The notes below the pieces were generated by a model, which saw only the letters and a list, made by a program, of their open reading frames with translations, made no database searches and was not told the origin of the DNA. This document shows positions 16,910 to 25,902 of a stretch of DNA of 32,000 nucleotides, one piece after another (within the stretch, counting starts at the first letter, position 1; every line of letters starts with the position of its first letter). Source of the DNA: Xylanibacter ruminicola 23 (GTDB lineage Bacteria; Bacteroidota; Bacteroidia; Bacteroidales; Bacteroidaceae); contig NC_014033.1 of assembly GCF_000025925.1 (NCBI RefSeq), forward strand, positions 2,820,001 to 2,852,000, in the 5' to 3' direction. Both the position numbers and the translations under genes were made by a program.

Positions 16910-17980
16910 TTACTTGTACTCCTTAGCTTTTCGTTTGCCTTGCAGCACCGCCAGGGCGTTCAGGGCCAGGGCTTCCATCTCGTCTTCGCCAGGGAAACAG
17001 CGGATGGGTGCCAGAAAGCCTACACGCTCGCGGATACGACTCACGATATATTCACTCCTGGCAAGGCCACCCGTTAGCAGGATGGCATCTATCTGACCAC
17101 AGAGCACAGCACTCTCGGAGGCAATGTTCTTGGCCACATGATATATCATCGCATCCAGGATTAGCTTGGCGTGCTGGTCGCCATAATCCTCGATGCGGCG
17201 CAACACCTCGCGCACATCGTTGGTGCCCAGATGGGCATTCAGTCCGGCCTTGCCGGCAATGCGCTTCAGCAGTTGCTTCTCGTTATATTTTCCACTAAAA
17301 CAGAGTCGGATGAGATCCGATGCTGGCAGCGAACCGGCACGTTCGGGCGAGAACGGCCCCTCGCCATCCAGGGCGTTGTTGGCATCAACGGCACGGCCTT
17401 TTTCGTGGGCTGCGATTGAGATGCCGCCACCCATGTGGCAGATAATCAGATTCAAGTCCTCGTACTCCTTACCAATCTCCGATGCATACCTGCGAGCTAT
17501 GGCACGCTGGTTAAGGGCATGCCAGATGCAGATACGGTTCATCAGCGGCGAACCTGAGATACGGGCATAGTCGTTCAACTCATCTACCACACCAGGATCG
17601 GCTATAAACGAGCGGCAATGAGGGATGGTAGCAGCTATCTCGTGGGCTATCAGGCAGCCTAAGTTACAGGCATGGTTATGCAGGGCAATACCGCTGTGGG
17701 TATCCTGTATCATCAAGTCGTTAATCTCGTAAACACCACCTTCGAGTGGTTTCACCAGTCCACCTCGGCCTATCACAGCATCAAACTCCACGGGTATATC
17801 GGCCTGGCGCAACTCGTCGAGCACCAGCTGCTTACGAAAGTCCTGCTGTTCAATCACATCGTCGAAATGGGCCAGCTCGTCGGCACTATGAGCAATGGTG
17901 CGGACCAGCAGAGGCGATTCGTCGTCGAAAACGGCAATCTTCGTAGATGTTGAACCTGGGTTTATAACTAATATCTTCAT
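16910..17980 (-). CDS. buk: Butyrate kinase
   Basis: MKILVINPGSTSTKIAVFDD.. GRGG..P..GGVY, the ASKHA-fold butyrate kinase pattern. The preferred ATG at 17978..17980 overlaps the ptb stop (TAATG). The 25-codon upstream extension in the ORF track is rejected. Confidence 0.9.
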   Translation of the reverse strand: MKILVINPGSTSTKIAVFDDESPLLVRTIAHSADELAHFDDVIEQQDFRKQLVLDELRQADIPVEFDAVIGRGGLVKPLEGGVYEINDLMIQDTHSGIALHNHACNLGCLIAHEIAATIPHCRSFIADPGVVDELNDYARISGSPLMNRICIWHALNQRAIARRYASEIGKEYEDLNLIICHMGGGISIAAHEKGRAVDANNALDGEGPFSPERAGSLPASDLIRLCFSGKYNEKQLLKRIAGKAGLNAHLGTNDVREVLRRIEDYGDQHAKLILDAMIYHVAKNIASESAVLCGQIDAILLTGGLARSEYIVSRIRERVGFLAPIRCFPGEDEMEALALNALAVLQGKRKAKEYK

Positions 17981-18816
17981 TAAATTGCAGCTAAAGCCAA
18001 AGAGTAGTACTTTGAATCGGGGCTGTCGGCACGCGATGGCAGCACGCAGCAGCACTGGGTGCCCTGCAGCACACCTGCCGTCTTGGCATAACCAAACAGG
18101 GTGATGGTTTTGTAGAACACATTACCAGCTACGATATCGGGGAATATCAAGGCATCGGCCTGTCCGTCGATCACGCTGTGGATACCCTTTTCGCGCAGAC
18201 TAACGGAGTCGAGCGATGTCTTGAGGTCGAGTGGACCATCGATGATGCAACGTCCGAACTTACCCGTCTGAGCCTCGGCTATAATCTCTAAGTAATCCAC
18301 GGTATATGGGAATGTTTTGGCGCTCACCTTCTCGGCACAGTGAATGAGCGAGATACGCGGCTCCTCGATACCCAAGGCGTGACACACATAGTTTACATAG
18401 TGTATCTGCTGGCGGCGCTGGGCCTCGGTGGGTACAGGTATCACGGCTGCGTCGGTAAAAAACAGCAGCTTCTCGTACTTAGGTATCTCGGCCATCGCCA
18501 CATGGGTTAACACATGGCCTGGGCGCAGTATACCGTTCTCCTTATCCAGGATAGCCTTCAGCAGCACATCGGTATTCACAAGGCCCTTCATCAGGATATC
18601 GGCCTCGCCATTCTTACACAGGGCCACAGCACGGCGCGCACACTCCTCCTTGTCGTCGCCATCCACGTAGATAGGCTCGATAAATCCCATCTCCTTACCC
18701 TTCTCAACAGCGTATCGGGTGCTGGCATCGTTGGCACAAACCACAGCCACGCGCTTCTTGTCGCCACGCTGCTGCAGAAAGACTATCATATCATTTAAAG
18801 TTCGTATCGACTGCAT
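17980..18816 (-). CDS. ptb: Phosphate butyryltransferase (phosphate acyltransferase, PTA_PTB family)
   Basis: 278 aa. Contains KRVAVVCANDA..ADILMKGLVNTD..LTHVAM..LLFFTDAAV..LIHCAEK..DGPLDLK..FPDIVAGNVFYK, typical of Ptb. Coupled to buk. Confidence 0.88.
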   Translation of the reverse strand: MQSIRTLNDMIVFLQQRGDKKRVAVVCANDASTRYAVEKGKEMGFIEPIYVDGDDKEECARRAVALCKNGEADILMKGLVNTDVLLKAILDKENGILRPGHVLTHVAMAEIPKYEKLLFFTDAAVIPVPTEAQRRQQIHYVNYVCHALGIEEPRISLIHCAEKVSAKTFPYTVDYLEIIAEAQTGKFGRCIIDGPLDLKTSLDSVSLREKGIHSVIDGQADALIFPDIVAGNVFYKTITLFGYAKTAGVLQGTQCCCVLPSRADSPDSKYYSLALAAI

Positions 18817-18846
18817 AGGTTTATTATTTTTATCGGTTTAATGGCG

Positions 18847-18854
18847 CAAATATA
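18847..18854 (-). promoter_or_regulatory. -7 promoter box (TAtaTTTG on the minus strand) of the ptb-buk operon
   Basis: Plus-strand caaatata lies 31 nt upstream of the ptb ATG, back to back with the GH95 promoter. Confidence 0.5.
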
Positions 18855-18866
18855 CAAATATTTTTG

Positions 18867-18874
18867 TATCTTTG
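18867..18874 (+). promoter_or_regulatory. -7 promoter box (TAtcTTTG) of the GH95 gene
   Basis: TATCTTTG overlaps the first codons of the ORF-track start at 18872. This argues for the downstream ATG at 18905. Confidence 0.5.
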
Positions 18875-18904
18875 CAAGCAGAAACCGATAAAAACAAAAA
18901 AAAG

Positions 18905-21280
18905 ATGAAGAATTACCTGCTTTTACTAACTATGACGTGCCTAACTGCTACGGCACAGCAGCAGGCTCCAATGGTATTGGAGTACAACAAACCAGCTACG
19001 TTTTTCGAAGAATCGCTACCTATTGGTAACGGTAAGATGGGTGCCCTGATTTATGGCGGCACCGACGACAACGTGATTTATCTGAACGACATTACGCTGT
19101 GGACAGGTAAACCTGTGGATCGCAACCTGGATGCCGATGCCCACAAGTGGATACCTGAGATTCGCAAGGCGCTGTTTAACGAGAACTATGCGCTGGCCGA
19201 CTCGCTGCAGCTGCACGTGCAGGGTCCTAACTCGCAGCACTACCAGCCACTGGGCACACTGCATATCAAGGACTTAGGTCTGGGCGAGATTAAGTACTAC
19301 CGCCGCACGCTGGATATCGACTCGGCGATTGTTCGCGACAGTTACGAACGCGACGGCCGCCACATCACCCGCGAGTATTTTGCCTCAAATCCTGATAAGC
19401 TGATAGCTATCCGTCTGCGTGGCGACATCAACTGCCAGATAGCTCTTACAGCCCAGGTGCCCCACCAGGTAAAGAGCGGCTTAGGACAGCTTACTATGAC
19501 GGGCCACGCCACAGGCGATGCACAGGAGAGTACACACTTCTGCACCATCCTAAGCGTAAAGACCGATGGCGAGATGGCTGCCAGCGACTCATCGCTCACC
19601 ATCACCAAAGCCAAGGAGGCTATCATCTACATTGTAAACGAAACCAGCTTTAACGGGTTCGATAAGCACCCTGTACGCGAGGGCGCCAACTACCTGGAGG
19701 CTGTAACCAACGACCTGTGGCACACACAGAACATGACGTTCGACGAGTTCTATGCCCGCCACCTGGCCGATTATAAGACTATCTACGACCGCGTAAAAAT
19801 CTGTCTGAACAAGGGCGGTCGCAATCCTAAGGACCTGCCAGGTGCCAAGGATCGCCGTATGACCGACGAGATGCTGCTGGATTATACCAATGGCAACGAC
19901 CAGACACCTTATCTGGAGGAGCTTTACTTCCAGTTCGGCCGCTATCTGCTTATCTCAGCCTCGCGCACCAAGAACGTGCCTGCCAACCTGCAGGGTTTGT
20001 GGGCCCCCCAGCTGTGGTCGCCCTGGCGTGGCAACTATACGGTAAACATCAATTTGGAGGAGAACTACTGGCCTGCCTTTGTGGCTAACATGGCCGAGAT
20101 GGCTGAGCCACTTGACGGTTTTATTGCCGGCTTGGCAGCCAACGGCAAGTTCACCGCCAAGAACTACTATAACATCCACGAGGGCTGGTGCTCGAGTCAT
20201 AACAGCGACATCTGGGCGATGACCAACCCTGTAGGCGAGAAGAACGAGAGTCCTGAGTGGAGTAACTGGAACCTAGGTGGTGCCTGGCTGGTAAACACCC
20301 TGTGGGAGCGCTACCAGTTTACACAGGACAAGACTTACCTGAAGAACATTGCCTATCCGCTGATGAAGGGTGCTGCCCAGTTCTGCTTGCGTTGGCTCAT
20401 CGACAACCCCAAGCAGCCAGGCGAGCTGATTACTGCCCCCAGCACATCGCCCGAAAACGAGTATAAGACCGATAAGGGCTATCACGGCACTACCTGCTAC
20501 GGTGGTACAGCAGATCTGGCCATTATCCGCGAACTGTTTATCAACACCATTGCTGCAGGCAAGGTGCTTGGACTGAAGAATAAGGAGATGGAGCAGGCCC
20601 TGGCTAAGCTGCACCCCTACACTATCGGCCACATGGGCGACCTGAACGAGTGGTACTACGACTGGGACGACTGGGATTTCCAGCATCGCCATCAGAGCCA
20701 CCTCATCGGTCTCTACCCAGGCAATCATCTCACTGATGCCACCCTGCAGAAGGCAGCCGAGCGTTCGCTGGAGATTAAGGGCGACAAGACCACCGGCTGG
20801 AGCACAGGCTGGCGTATTAACCTGTGGGCCCGATTGCACAACGCCAAGCAGGCTTATCACATCTATCAGAAGCTGCTTACACCTATTGCCCCACGCGGTG
20901 TGCGTAAGGAGGATTGGAAGGCCTGGCACAAGGGCGGCGGTACCTACCCCAACCTGTTTGATGCGCATCCACCTTTCCAGATTGACGGTAACTTTGGCGG
21001 CACAGCCGGTGTGTGCGAGATGCTGATGCAAAGTTCAATAGTTAATGGTCAATGTTCAATCGAGTTACTGCCAGCATGCCCAGAGCAGTGGCAGGATGGC
21101 GCCATTAGCGGATTGTGCGCTCGTGGTGGCTACGAGGTAAGCTTCGAGTGGAAAAATGGCAAGGTGCGCGGTTGCAGCATCAAAGCCAAGAAAGCAGGAA
21201 CACTTACGCTTATATATAACGGTCAGCAGAAGAAGGTAAAACTGAAGGCTGGCGAGACACAAAACATTAAAACATGGTAA
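18905..21280 (+). CDS. Glycoside hydrolase family 95 (alpha-L-fucosidase-like), secreted
   Basis: Signal peptide MKNYLLLLTMTCLTATAQ. N-terminal LEYNKPA..EESLPIGNGKMGALIYGG..E.I.LND.TLWTG. Catalytic-region motifs ANLQGLW, YTVNINLEENYWP, STSPEN, FQIDGNFGGTAG. Confidence 0.88.
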   Translation: MKNYLLLLTMTCLTATAQQQAPMVLEYNKPATFFEESLPIGNGKMGALIYGGTDDNVIYLNDITLWTGKPVDRNLDADAHKWIPEIRKALFNENYALADSLQLHVQGPNSQHYQPLGTLHIKDLGLGEIKYYRRTLDIDSAIVRDSYERDGRHITREYFASNPDKLIAIRLRGDINCQIALTAQVPHQVKSGLGQLTMTGHATGDAQESTHFCTILSVKTDGEMAASDSSLTITKAKEAIIYIVNETSFNGFDKHPVREGANYLEAVTNDLWHTQNMTFDEFYARHLADYKTIYDRVKICLNKGGRNPKDLPGAKDRRMTDEMLLDYTNGNDQTPYLEELYFQFGRYLLISASRTKNVPANLQGLWAPQLWSPWRGNYTVNINLEENYWPAFVANMAEMAEPLDGFIAGLAANGKFTAKNYYNIHEGWCSSHNSDIWAMTNPVGEKNESPEWSNWNLGGAWLVNTLWERYQFTQDKTYLKNIAYPLMKGAAQFCLRWLIDNPKQPGELITAPSTSPENEYKTDKGYHGTTCYGGTADLAIIRELFINTIAAGKVLGLKNKEMEQALAKLHPYTIGHMGDLNEWYYDWDDWDFQHRHQSHLIGLYPGNHLTDATLQKAAERSLEIKGDKTTGWSTGWRINLWARLHNAKQAYHIYQKLLTPIAPRGVRKEDWKAWHKGGGTYPNLFDAHPPFQIDGNFGGTAGVCEMLMQSSIVNGQCSIELLPACPEQWQDGAISGLCARGGYEVSFEWKNGKVRGCSIKAKKAGTLTLIYNGQQKKVKLKAGETQNIKTW

Positions 21281-22161
21281 AAGCTAAAAAGCAAATACTG
21301 ATACAGGACACTGAGTTTAAAAAGGCAAAAAACTGGGAAGGATCGGTTTGTCTCGACGACGACCTGCTGTTGTCCGACCAGATTAACAAGGCCCCTATGC
21401 CCAGCGAGCCCAGAAAGATGAACTTCATTCTGATTGGCCTTTGCACCAAAGGAAAGATTAGCTACCGCATGGACACCGAAGAACTGGTGGTGCATGCTGG
21501 CGAGTTGCTGGTGGTAAGCGAACGCCACGTTATCGATGGTTACAAGTGCTCTGATAATATGGAGGGCTTGTGCATCATGATGAGTGTGAATTTCTTCCAC
21601 GAGATCATCAAGAGCGTACACGATGTAAGCTCGCTGTTTGTGTTTGCCCGCATGCAGCCTGTGATGAAGCTCGAGGCCGACGAGATCGCAACGTTCACAG
21701 AATACTTCCAGTTTATCAAACAAAAAATCAGCGACAACCACAACCATTTCCGTAAGGATTTGATTCGCACGCTGATGCTGGCGATGTTCTACGATGTGGG
21801 CAACGTGATCTACAGGGTGAAGAACTTCGACGAGTCGCTGCTGCGCTCCGAGAAGGTGTTTACACGATTCCTGAAGATGGTTGAGGAGAACTGCAAACGC
21901 GAACGCCGCGTCAGTTGGTATGCCCAGCAGCTCAACATCACCCCCAAATACCTTTCTACAGCCGTTAAGCGCATCAGCGGTCGCACAGCAGTAGAGTGGA
22001 TTGAGAACTACGTGACCATGGAATTGCGCGTGCTACTGAAAAACAGCACCAAATCCATCAAGGAGATAACCGAAGAGTTGAACTTCCCCAATCAGAGTTT
22101 CCTGGGTAAGTACTTTAAGGAACACGTGGGCATGACGCCCTCGGCCTATCGCAAATCATAG
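21274..22161 (+). CDS. AraC-family transcriptional regulator
   Basis: C-terminal double HTH: VSWYAQQLNITPKYLSTAVKRISGRTAVEWI..IKEITEELNFPNQSFLGKYFKEHVGMTPSAYR. The ATG overlaps the GH95 stop (ATGGTAA). A downstream start remains possible. Confidence 0.85.
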   Translation: MVKAKKQILIQDTEFKKAKNWEGSVCLDDDLLLSDQINKAPMPSEPRKMNFILIGLCTKGKISYRMDTEELVVHAGELLVVSERHVIDGYKCSDNMEGLCIMMSVNFFHEIIKSVHDVSSLFVFARMQPVMKLEADEIATFTEYFQFIKQKISDNHNHFRKDLIRTLMLAMFYDVGNVIYRVKNFDESLLRSEKVFTRFLKMVEENCKRERRVSWYAQQLNITPKYLSTAVKRISGRTAVEWIENYVTMELRVLLKNSTKSIKEITEELNFPNQSFLGKYFKEHVGMTPSAYRKS

Positions 22162-22770
22162 GTAGCCCTGCTCCTTCAGCTCGCTCACGGTATCAAGCAA
22201 CTCCTGATACCAAGCCTCGCCAAAGCGACGGATCAACGGATCGCGCAGGAACTGATACAGATACAGATTCTCCTGAATGCCCTTGGCAATGGCCATCTTA
22301 CAAACGCTCCAGCGGTTGTAGTTCAAGCCCGTCAAGCCGCCGCCAAGCTGCTTTTCGCGGATAGGATACAAAGCACAGCTAATAGGCTTGCAGAAGTGGG
22401 TACGCCCTGCTCTGTAAGCCTTTTCTAATGCACACAGGCAACAGTTCTTAATGGGCAGGTGGGTATTCCAATCCTCAATGTCGCCGTAATAGGTAAACAC
22501 ACAATCCTTTCCTCCTACAATACTGGTTACCAGGTCACCCTCCTGATCGGTATAGGCCACGCCCTGCTTATCGATAACAGCCTGTGCCGATGCCGAGAGG
22601 TCGTCCCACACGTCATCCACGCATTCTTCGATGGCTGCTATTTCGTCCATCGTTACAGGGGCGCCTGCATCGCCTTCAACACAGCACTCACCCTTGCAAA
22701 CGCTCAGGTCGCAACAAAACTTCTCCGTCAGTATTTCCGACGAGAGCAACACATCACCTACTTGTATAAT
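22156..22770 (-). CDS. DUF3109-family Cys-rich protein (CxxCxxCC-type); start codon uncertain
   Basis: IQVGDVLLSSEILTEKFCCDLSVCKGECCVEGDAGAPV matches the N-terminus of Bacteroidales DUF3109 proteins. There is no ATG near the homologous start. Candidates are ATT 22770, ATA 22767, GTG 22752 and TTG 22749. The ORF-track extension to 22914 overlaps ung and translates a tandem repeat. Confidence 0.7.
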   Translation of the reverse strand: MIQVGDVLLSSEILTEKFCCDLSVCKGECCVEGDAGAPVTMDEIAAIEECVDDVWDDLSASAQAVIDKQGVAYTDQEGDLVTSIVGGKDCVFTYYGDIEDWNTHLPIKNCCLCALEKAYRAGRTHFCKPISCALYPIREKQLGGGLTGLNYNRWSVCKMAIAKGIQENLYLYQFLRDPLIRRFGEAWYQELLDTVSELKEQGYL

Positions 22771-22786
22771 TGGGGGAATTGTATTC

Positions 22787-22818
22787 AATTGATAATTGAT
22801 AATTGATAATTGATAATT
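22787..22818. repeat. Heptamer tandem repeat (GATAATT) x4 plus a partial unit
   Basis: aatt-gataatt-gataatt-gataatt-gataatt, exactly between the ung stop (22823) and the DUF3109 N-terminus. Confidence 0.85.
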
Positions 22819-22822
22819 TTGA

Positions 22823-23488
22823 TTACCATTGTATGGGAGCCTGGCCGTTTTGTTCGAGATAGGCATTACAGCGCGAGAATTGGTGCTGACCGAACCAGCC
22901 GCCACGATTAGCACTCAGTGGCGATGGGTGTACGCTCTCAAGCACCAGGTTGTTCTGCTTGTCAATCATATACGCCTTCGAGCGGGCATAGCCGCCCCAC
23001 AGCATATACACCAGGTGCTGGCGGTTTTGTGCCAATGCCTGTATAGCGGCATCGGTAAACTTCTGCCAACCCAGCTGCGAATGACTGTTGGCCTGATGAG
23101 CGCGAACGGTAAGCGATGCATTAAGCAGCAGCACGCCCTGCTCGGCCCAACGGGTGAGATTGCCCGATGTGGGGATAGGCGTACCAAGGTCGGCCTGAAT
23201 CTCCTTGAAGATATTCTGCAGCGAGGGCGGAAACTGGATACCGTCCTGAACCGAGAAACTCAGTCCGTGTGCCTGTCCTGGCTCGTGATAGGGGTCCTGA
23301 CCGATAATCACTACCTTTACCTGGTCGAACGGACACAGGTTAAAGGCATTAAATATCAGTTTGCCTGGGGGATAGCAGGTAGTAGTTTGATACTCCTTTC
23401 GCACAGCCTCAGCAAGCTGCGTAAAGTAAGGCTTTTCAAACTCGCCACTAAGGTGTCCCTTCCAAGATTCCTCTATCTGTACTGCCAT
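22823..23488 (-). CDS. ung: Uracil-DNA glycosylase (family 1)
   Basis: VVIIGQDPYHEPGQAHGLSFSV (water-activating loop), LLLNA.LTV, and the HPSPLSA leucine-intercalation loop. Confidence 0.95.
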   Translation of the reverse strand: MAVQIEESWKGHLSGEFEKPYFTQLAEAVRKEYQTTTCYPPGKLIFNAFNLCPFDQVKVVIIGQDPYHEPGQAHGLSFSVQDGIQFPPSLQNIFKEIQADLGTPIPTSGNLTRWAEQGVLLLNASLTVRAHQANSHSQLGWQKFTDAAIQALAQNRQHLVYMLWGGYARSKAYMIDKQNNLVLESVHPSPLSANRGGWFGQHQFSRCNAYLEQNGQAPIQW

Positions 23489-23503
23489 ATTCTTTTAAAA
23501 TTT

Positions 23504-23577
23504 GGCACGGATTACGCAGATTAACACAGATTATTTTTTCGTTATCAAAAATCCGTGAAATCCGTGTAATCCGTGCC
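23504..23577 (-). terminator. Long hairpin built from inverted 9-mer arrays; probable gpmI terminator or REP-like element
   Basis: GGCACGGATTAC (23504..23515) and GTAATCCGTGCC (23566..23577) are perfect inverted repeats. The arms continue as degenerate 9-mers (CGCAGATTA, ACACAGATTA / AAATCCGTG x2). The element starts 7 nt after the gpmI stop. Confidence 0.5.
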
Positions 23578-23584
23578 TAAAACA

Positions 23585-25105
23585 TTAATCGCAAATCAGG
23601 TTCTCACCAGTCATGTCGGCAGGCTGCTCCAGACCCATGATGTGCAGGATTGAAGGAGCCACGTCGGCCAGACGTCCGTCCTTAACTGTAGCCGAGTTGT
23701 TGTTGGTTACATAGATGAAAGGAACGGGGTTCAGCGAGTGAGCGGTATTTGGTGTGCCATCGGGATTGATAGCGTTGTCGGCATTACCGTGGTCGGCAAT
23801 GATGATAGCCTCGTAGTCGTTGGCCTTAGCAGCCTCGATCACATCCTTCACGCAGTTGTCAACAGCCCAAACAGCCTTGGCAATAGCATTGTAGATACCA
23901 GTGTGACCTACCATGTCGCCGTTAGCAAAGTTAACTACGATAAAGTCGTACTTAGCCTCGTTGATAGCAGCCACCAGCTTATCCTTTACCTCGAAGGCGC
24001 TCATCTCAGGCTTCAGGTCGTAGGTAGCCACCTTTGGACTTGGAACCAGGATACGATCCTCGCCATCGTATGGCTGCTCGCGACCACCGTTGAAGAAGAA
24101 TGTTACGTGAGCATACTTCTCGGTCTCGGCAGTGTGCAACTGTTTCTTGCCCTGCTTGCTCAGGTACTCGCCCAGTGTATTCTCAACGTTCTCCTTGGGG
24201 AACAGGATGTTCACACCCTTGAAGTTAGCGTCGTATGGAGTCATGCAGTAGTACTGCAGACCAGGGATAGTCTTCATGCCCTGCTCTGGCATATCCTCCT
24301 GAGTCAGCGCGATAGTCATCTCCTTAGCACGGTCGTTACGGAAATTGATGAAGATAACTACATCACCCTCTTCGATGCAACCGTTCACAGCGGCATTGTG
24401 GATTGGCTTGATGAACTCGTCGGTCACACCCTCGTCGTAGCTCTCCTGCATAGCAGCAACCATATCGGTGCTCTGCTTACCAGTACCGTTCACAATCAGG
24501 TCGTAACCCTCTTTTACACGCTCCCAGCGCTTATCGCGGTCCATTGCATAGAAACGACCAACGATTGATGCGATGGCAGCATCGTTATCGGCACAAACCT
24601 TGCTAATCTGCTCGATAAAGCCCTTACCGCTCTTGGGGTCGGTATCACGACCATCCATGAAGCAGTGTACGAAAGTCTGGTTCTTCAGACCGTAAGCCTT
24701 ACCAATCTCGATGAGCTTGAACAGGTGGTCGAGCGAAGAGTGTACACCTCCGTTAGATGTCAGTCCCATCAGGTGCAGCTTCTTGTTGTTCTCCTTGGCA
24801 TAGGTGTAAGCAGCCTTAACCTGAGGATTCTCCATGATAGAGCCGTCCTTGCAGGCACGGTTAATCTTTACGAGGTCCTGATAAACGATGCGTCCGGCAC
24901 CGATATTCAGGTGACCCACCTCAGAGTTACCCATCTGTCCGTCGGGCAGACCCACATCTTCGCCAGATGCCTGGAGCTGAGAGTGAGCTGAAGTAGCTGT
25001 TAACAGATCGAGGTAAGGAGTTGGCGTGTTGAAAATCACATCACCCTTACCATGCTTACCGATTCCCCATCCATCGAGAATCATCAAAAGTGCTTTCTTT
25101 GCCAT
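23585..25105 (-). CDS. gpmI: 2,3-bisphosphoglycerate-independent phosphoglycerate mutase
   Basis: [16 protein letters not shown].., [25 protein letters not shown]; about 506 aa, typical of iPGM. Confidence 0.95.
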   Translation of the reverse strand: MAKKALLMILDGWGIGKHGKGDVIFNTPTPYLDLLTATSAHSQLQASGEDVGLPDGQMGNSEVGHLNIGAGRIVYQDLVKINRACKDGSIMENPQVKAAYTYAKENNKKLHLMGLTSNGGVHSSLDHLFKLIEIGKAYGLKNQTFVHCFMDGRDTDPKSGKGFIEQISKVCADNDAAIASIVGRFYAMDRDKRWERVKEGYDLIVNGTGKQSTDMVAAMQESYDEGVTDEFIKPIHNAAVNGCIEEGDVVIFINFRNDRAKEMTIALTQEDMPEQGMKTIPGLQYYCMTPYDANFKGVNILFPKENVENTLGEYLSKQGKKQLHTAETEKYAHVTFFFNGGREQPYDGEDRILVPSPKVATYDLKPEMSAFEVKDKLVAAINEAKYDFIVVNFANGDMVGHTGIYNAIAKAVWAVDNCVKDVIEAAKANDYEAIIIADHGNADNAINPDGTPNTAHSLNPVPFIYVTNNNSATVKDGRLADVAPSILHIMGLEQPADMTGENLICD

Positions 25106-25147
25106 AATCTTATTACTAATTTAAACGTACGTTCTTAAAATCGCGTG

Positions 25148-25155
25148 CAAAGGTA
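25148..25155 (-). promoter_or_regulatory. -7 promoter box (TAccTTTG on the minus strand) of gpmI
   Basis: Plus-strand caaaggta lies 43 nt upstream of the gpmI ATG. Confidence 0.5.
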
Positions 25156-25252
25156 CGAAAAAAAACTATCATAGCCGCATTACGCATCCATGTTTATTGA
25201 TAAAAAAACAAAAAACTCTGTATATCAATACGTTCGGTTCGCAAAAAACAAT

Positions 25253-25260
25253 TATCTTTG
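25253..25260 (+). promoter_or_regulatory. -7 promoter box (TAtcTTTG) of the TfoX-N gene
   Basis: TATCTTTG lies 65 nt upstream of the ATG at 25325. Confidence 0.45.
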
Positions 25261-25324
25261 CAACATCAAGTTAACAATTTTTCTTTTTGTATATATGGTA
25301 TCTGTTTAAGTAATCCCTATCATC

Positions 25325-25645
25325 ATGGCAAGCAATGCAGATTTTGTACAGTATATCGCCGACCAATGTAGCGGTGCGGGCGAGATTGTAGCCAAGAAGA
25401 TGTTTGGCGACTACGGCATCTATTGCGATGGCAAGATATTCGGTTTGATTTGCGACGACCACTTTTATCTCAAGCCCACCGATGCCGTACGTGAGATGCT
25501 GCGCACCATCGATATGCGCCCACCCTACCCCGGTGCCAAGCCCTACTTCTACATCGCCGATGTAGACGATCACGGCTACCTATCCGCCCTGGTCAAAGAA
25601 ACCTGCAAACATCTCCCTGAGCCAAAGCCCAAGAAGAAGAAATAA
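25325..25645 (+). CDS. TfoX N-terminal domain-containing protein
   Basis: 106 aa. ..FVQYIADQ......KKMFGDYGIYCDGKIFGLICDD.FYLK matches the TfoX_N pattern. Confidence 0.75.
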   Translation: MASNADFVQYIADQCSGAGEIVAKKMFGDYGIYCDGKIFGLICDDHFYLKPTDAVREMLRTIDMRPPYPGAKPYFYIADVDDHGYLSALVKETCKHLPEPKPKKKK

Positions 25646-25648
25646 AAA

Positions 25649-25686
25649 AGCCGCCGACGCATCTTTTTCGAGATACATCGGCGGTT
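25649..25686 (+). terminator. Hairpin terminator after the TfoX-N gene
   Basis: AAGCCGCCGAcgcatct / agatacaTCGGCGGTT stem starting 4 nt after the stop. The U-tract is weak (ACTATTTTA). Confidence 0.5.
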
Positions 25687-25902
25687 ACTATTTTACGCCT
25701 GTATAAGCCTTACTTTTCGTCGATTCCACTCACTTCGCAGCATCTCCAGCCAACTGCAAAGGCGACCACATGGAGATAACGCTCAAGAATCTAAAGCCCA
25801 ACACCACCTATTACTATTGCGCTCAGGCCCTCTGCACACTGGCCATCGGCCGAGCCGACTGGTACAAATCACAGGTTAAGAGCTTCACCACATCACCGGA
25901 AT

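Noticed and set aside
17981-18055. 25-codon N-terminal extension of buk (MLLRAAIACRQ...)
   Set aside because: It lies inside the ptb coding region. Butyrate kinases begin at MKILVINPGSTSTK, and that ATG forms a TAATG overlap with the ptb stop.
18872-18904. Upstream extension of the GH95 ORF (MQAETDKNKKK)
   Set aside because: The first codons overlap the TAtcTTTG -7 box (18867..18874). The signal peptide begins at the ATG at 18905.
22771-22914. N-terminal extension of the DUF3109 ORF
   Set aside because: It overlaps the 3' end of ung and translates the GATAATT tandem repeat (QLSIINYQL). It is not part of the conserved DUF3109 N-terminus.
22829-24568. Plus-strand ORFs 22829..23524 (231 aa) and 23738..24568 (276 aa)
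   Set aside because: They are antisense to ung and gpmI, both of which carry unambiguous catalytic motifs.
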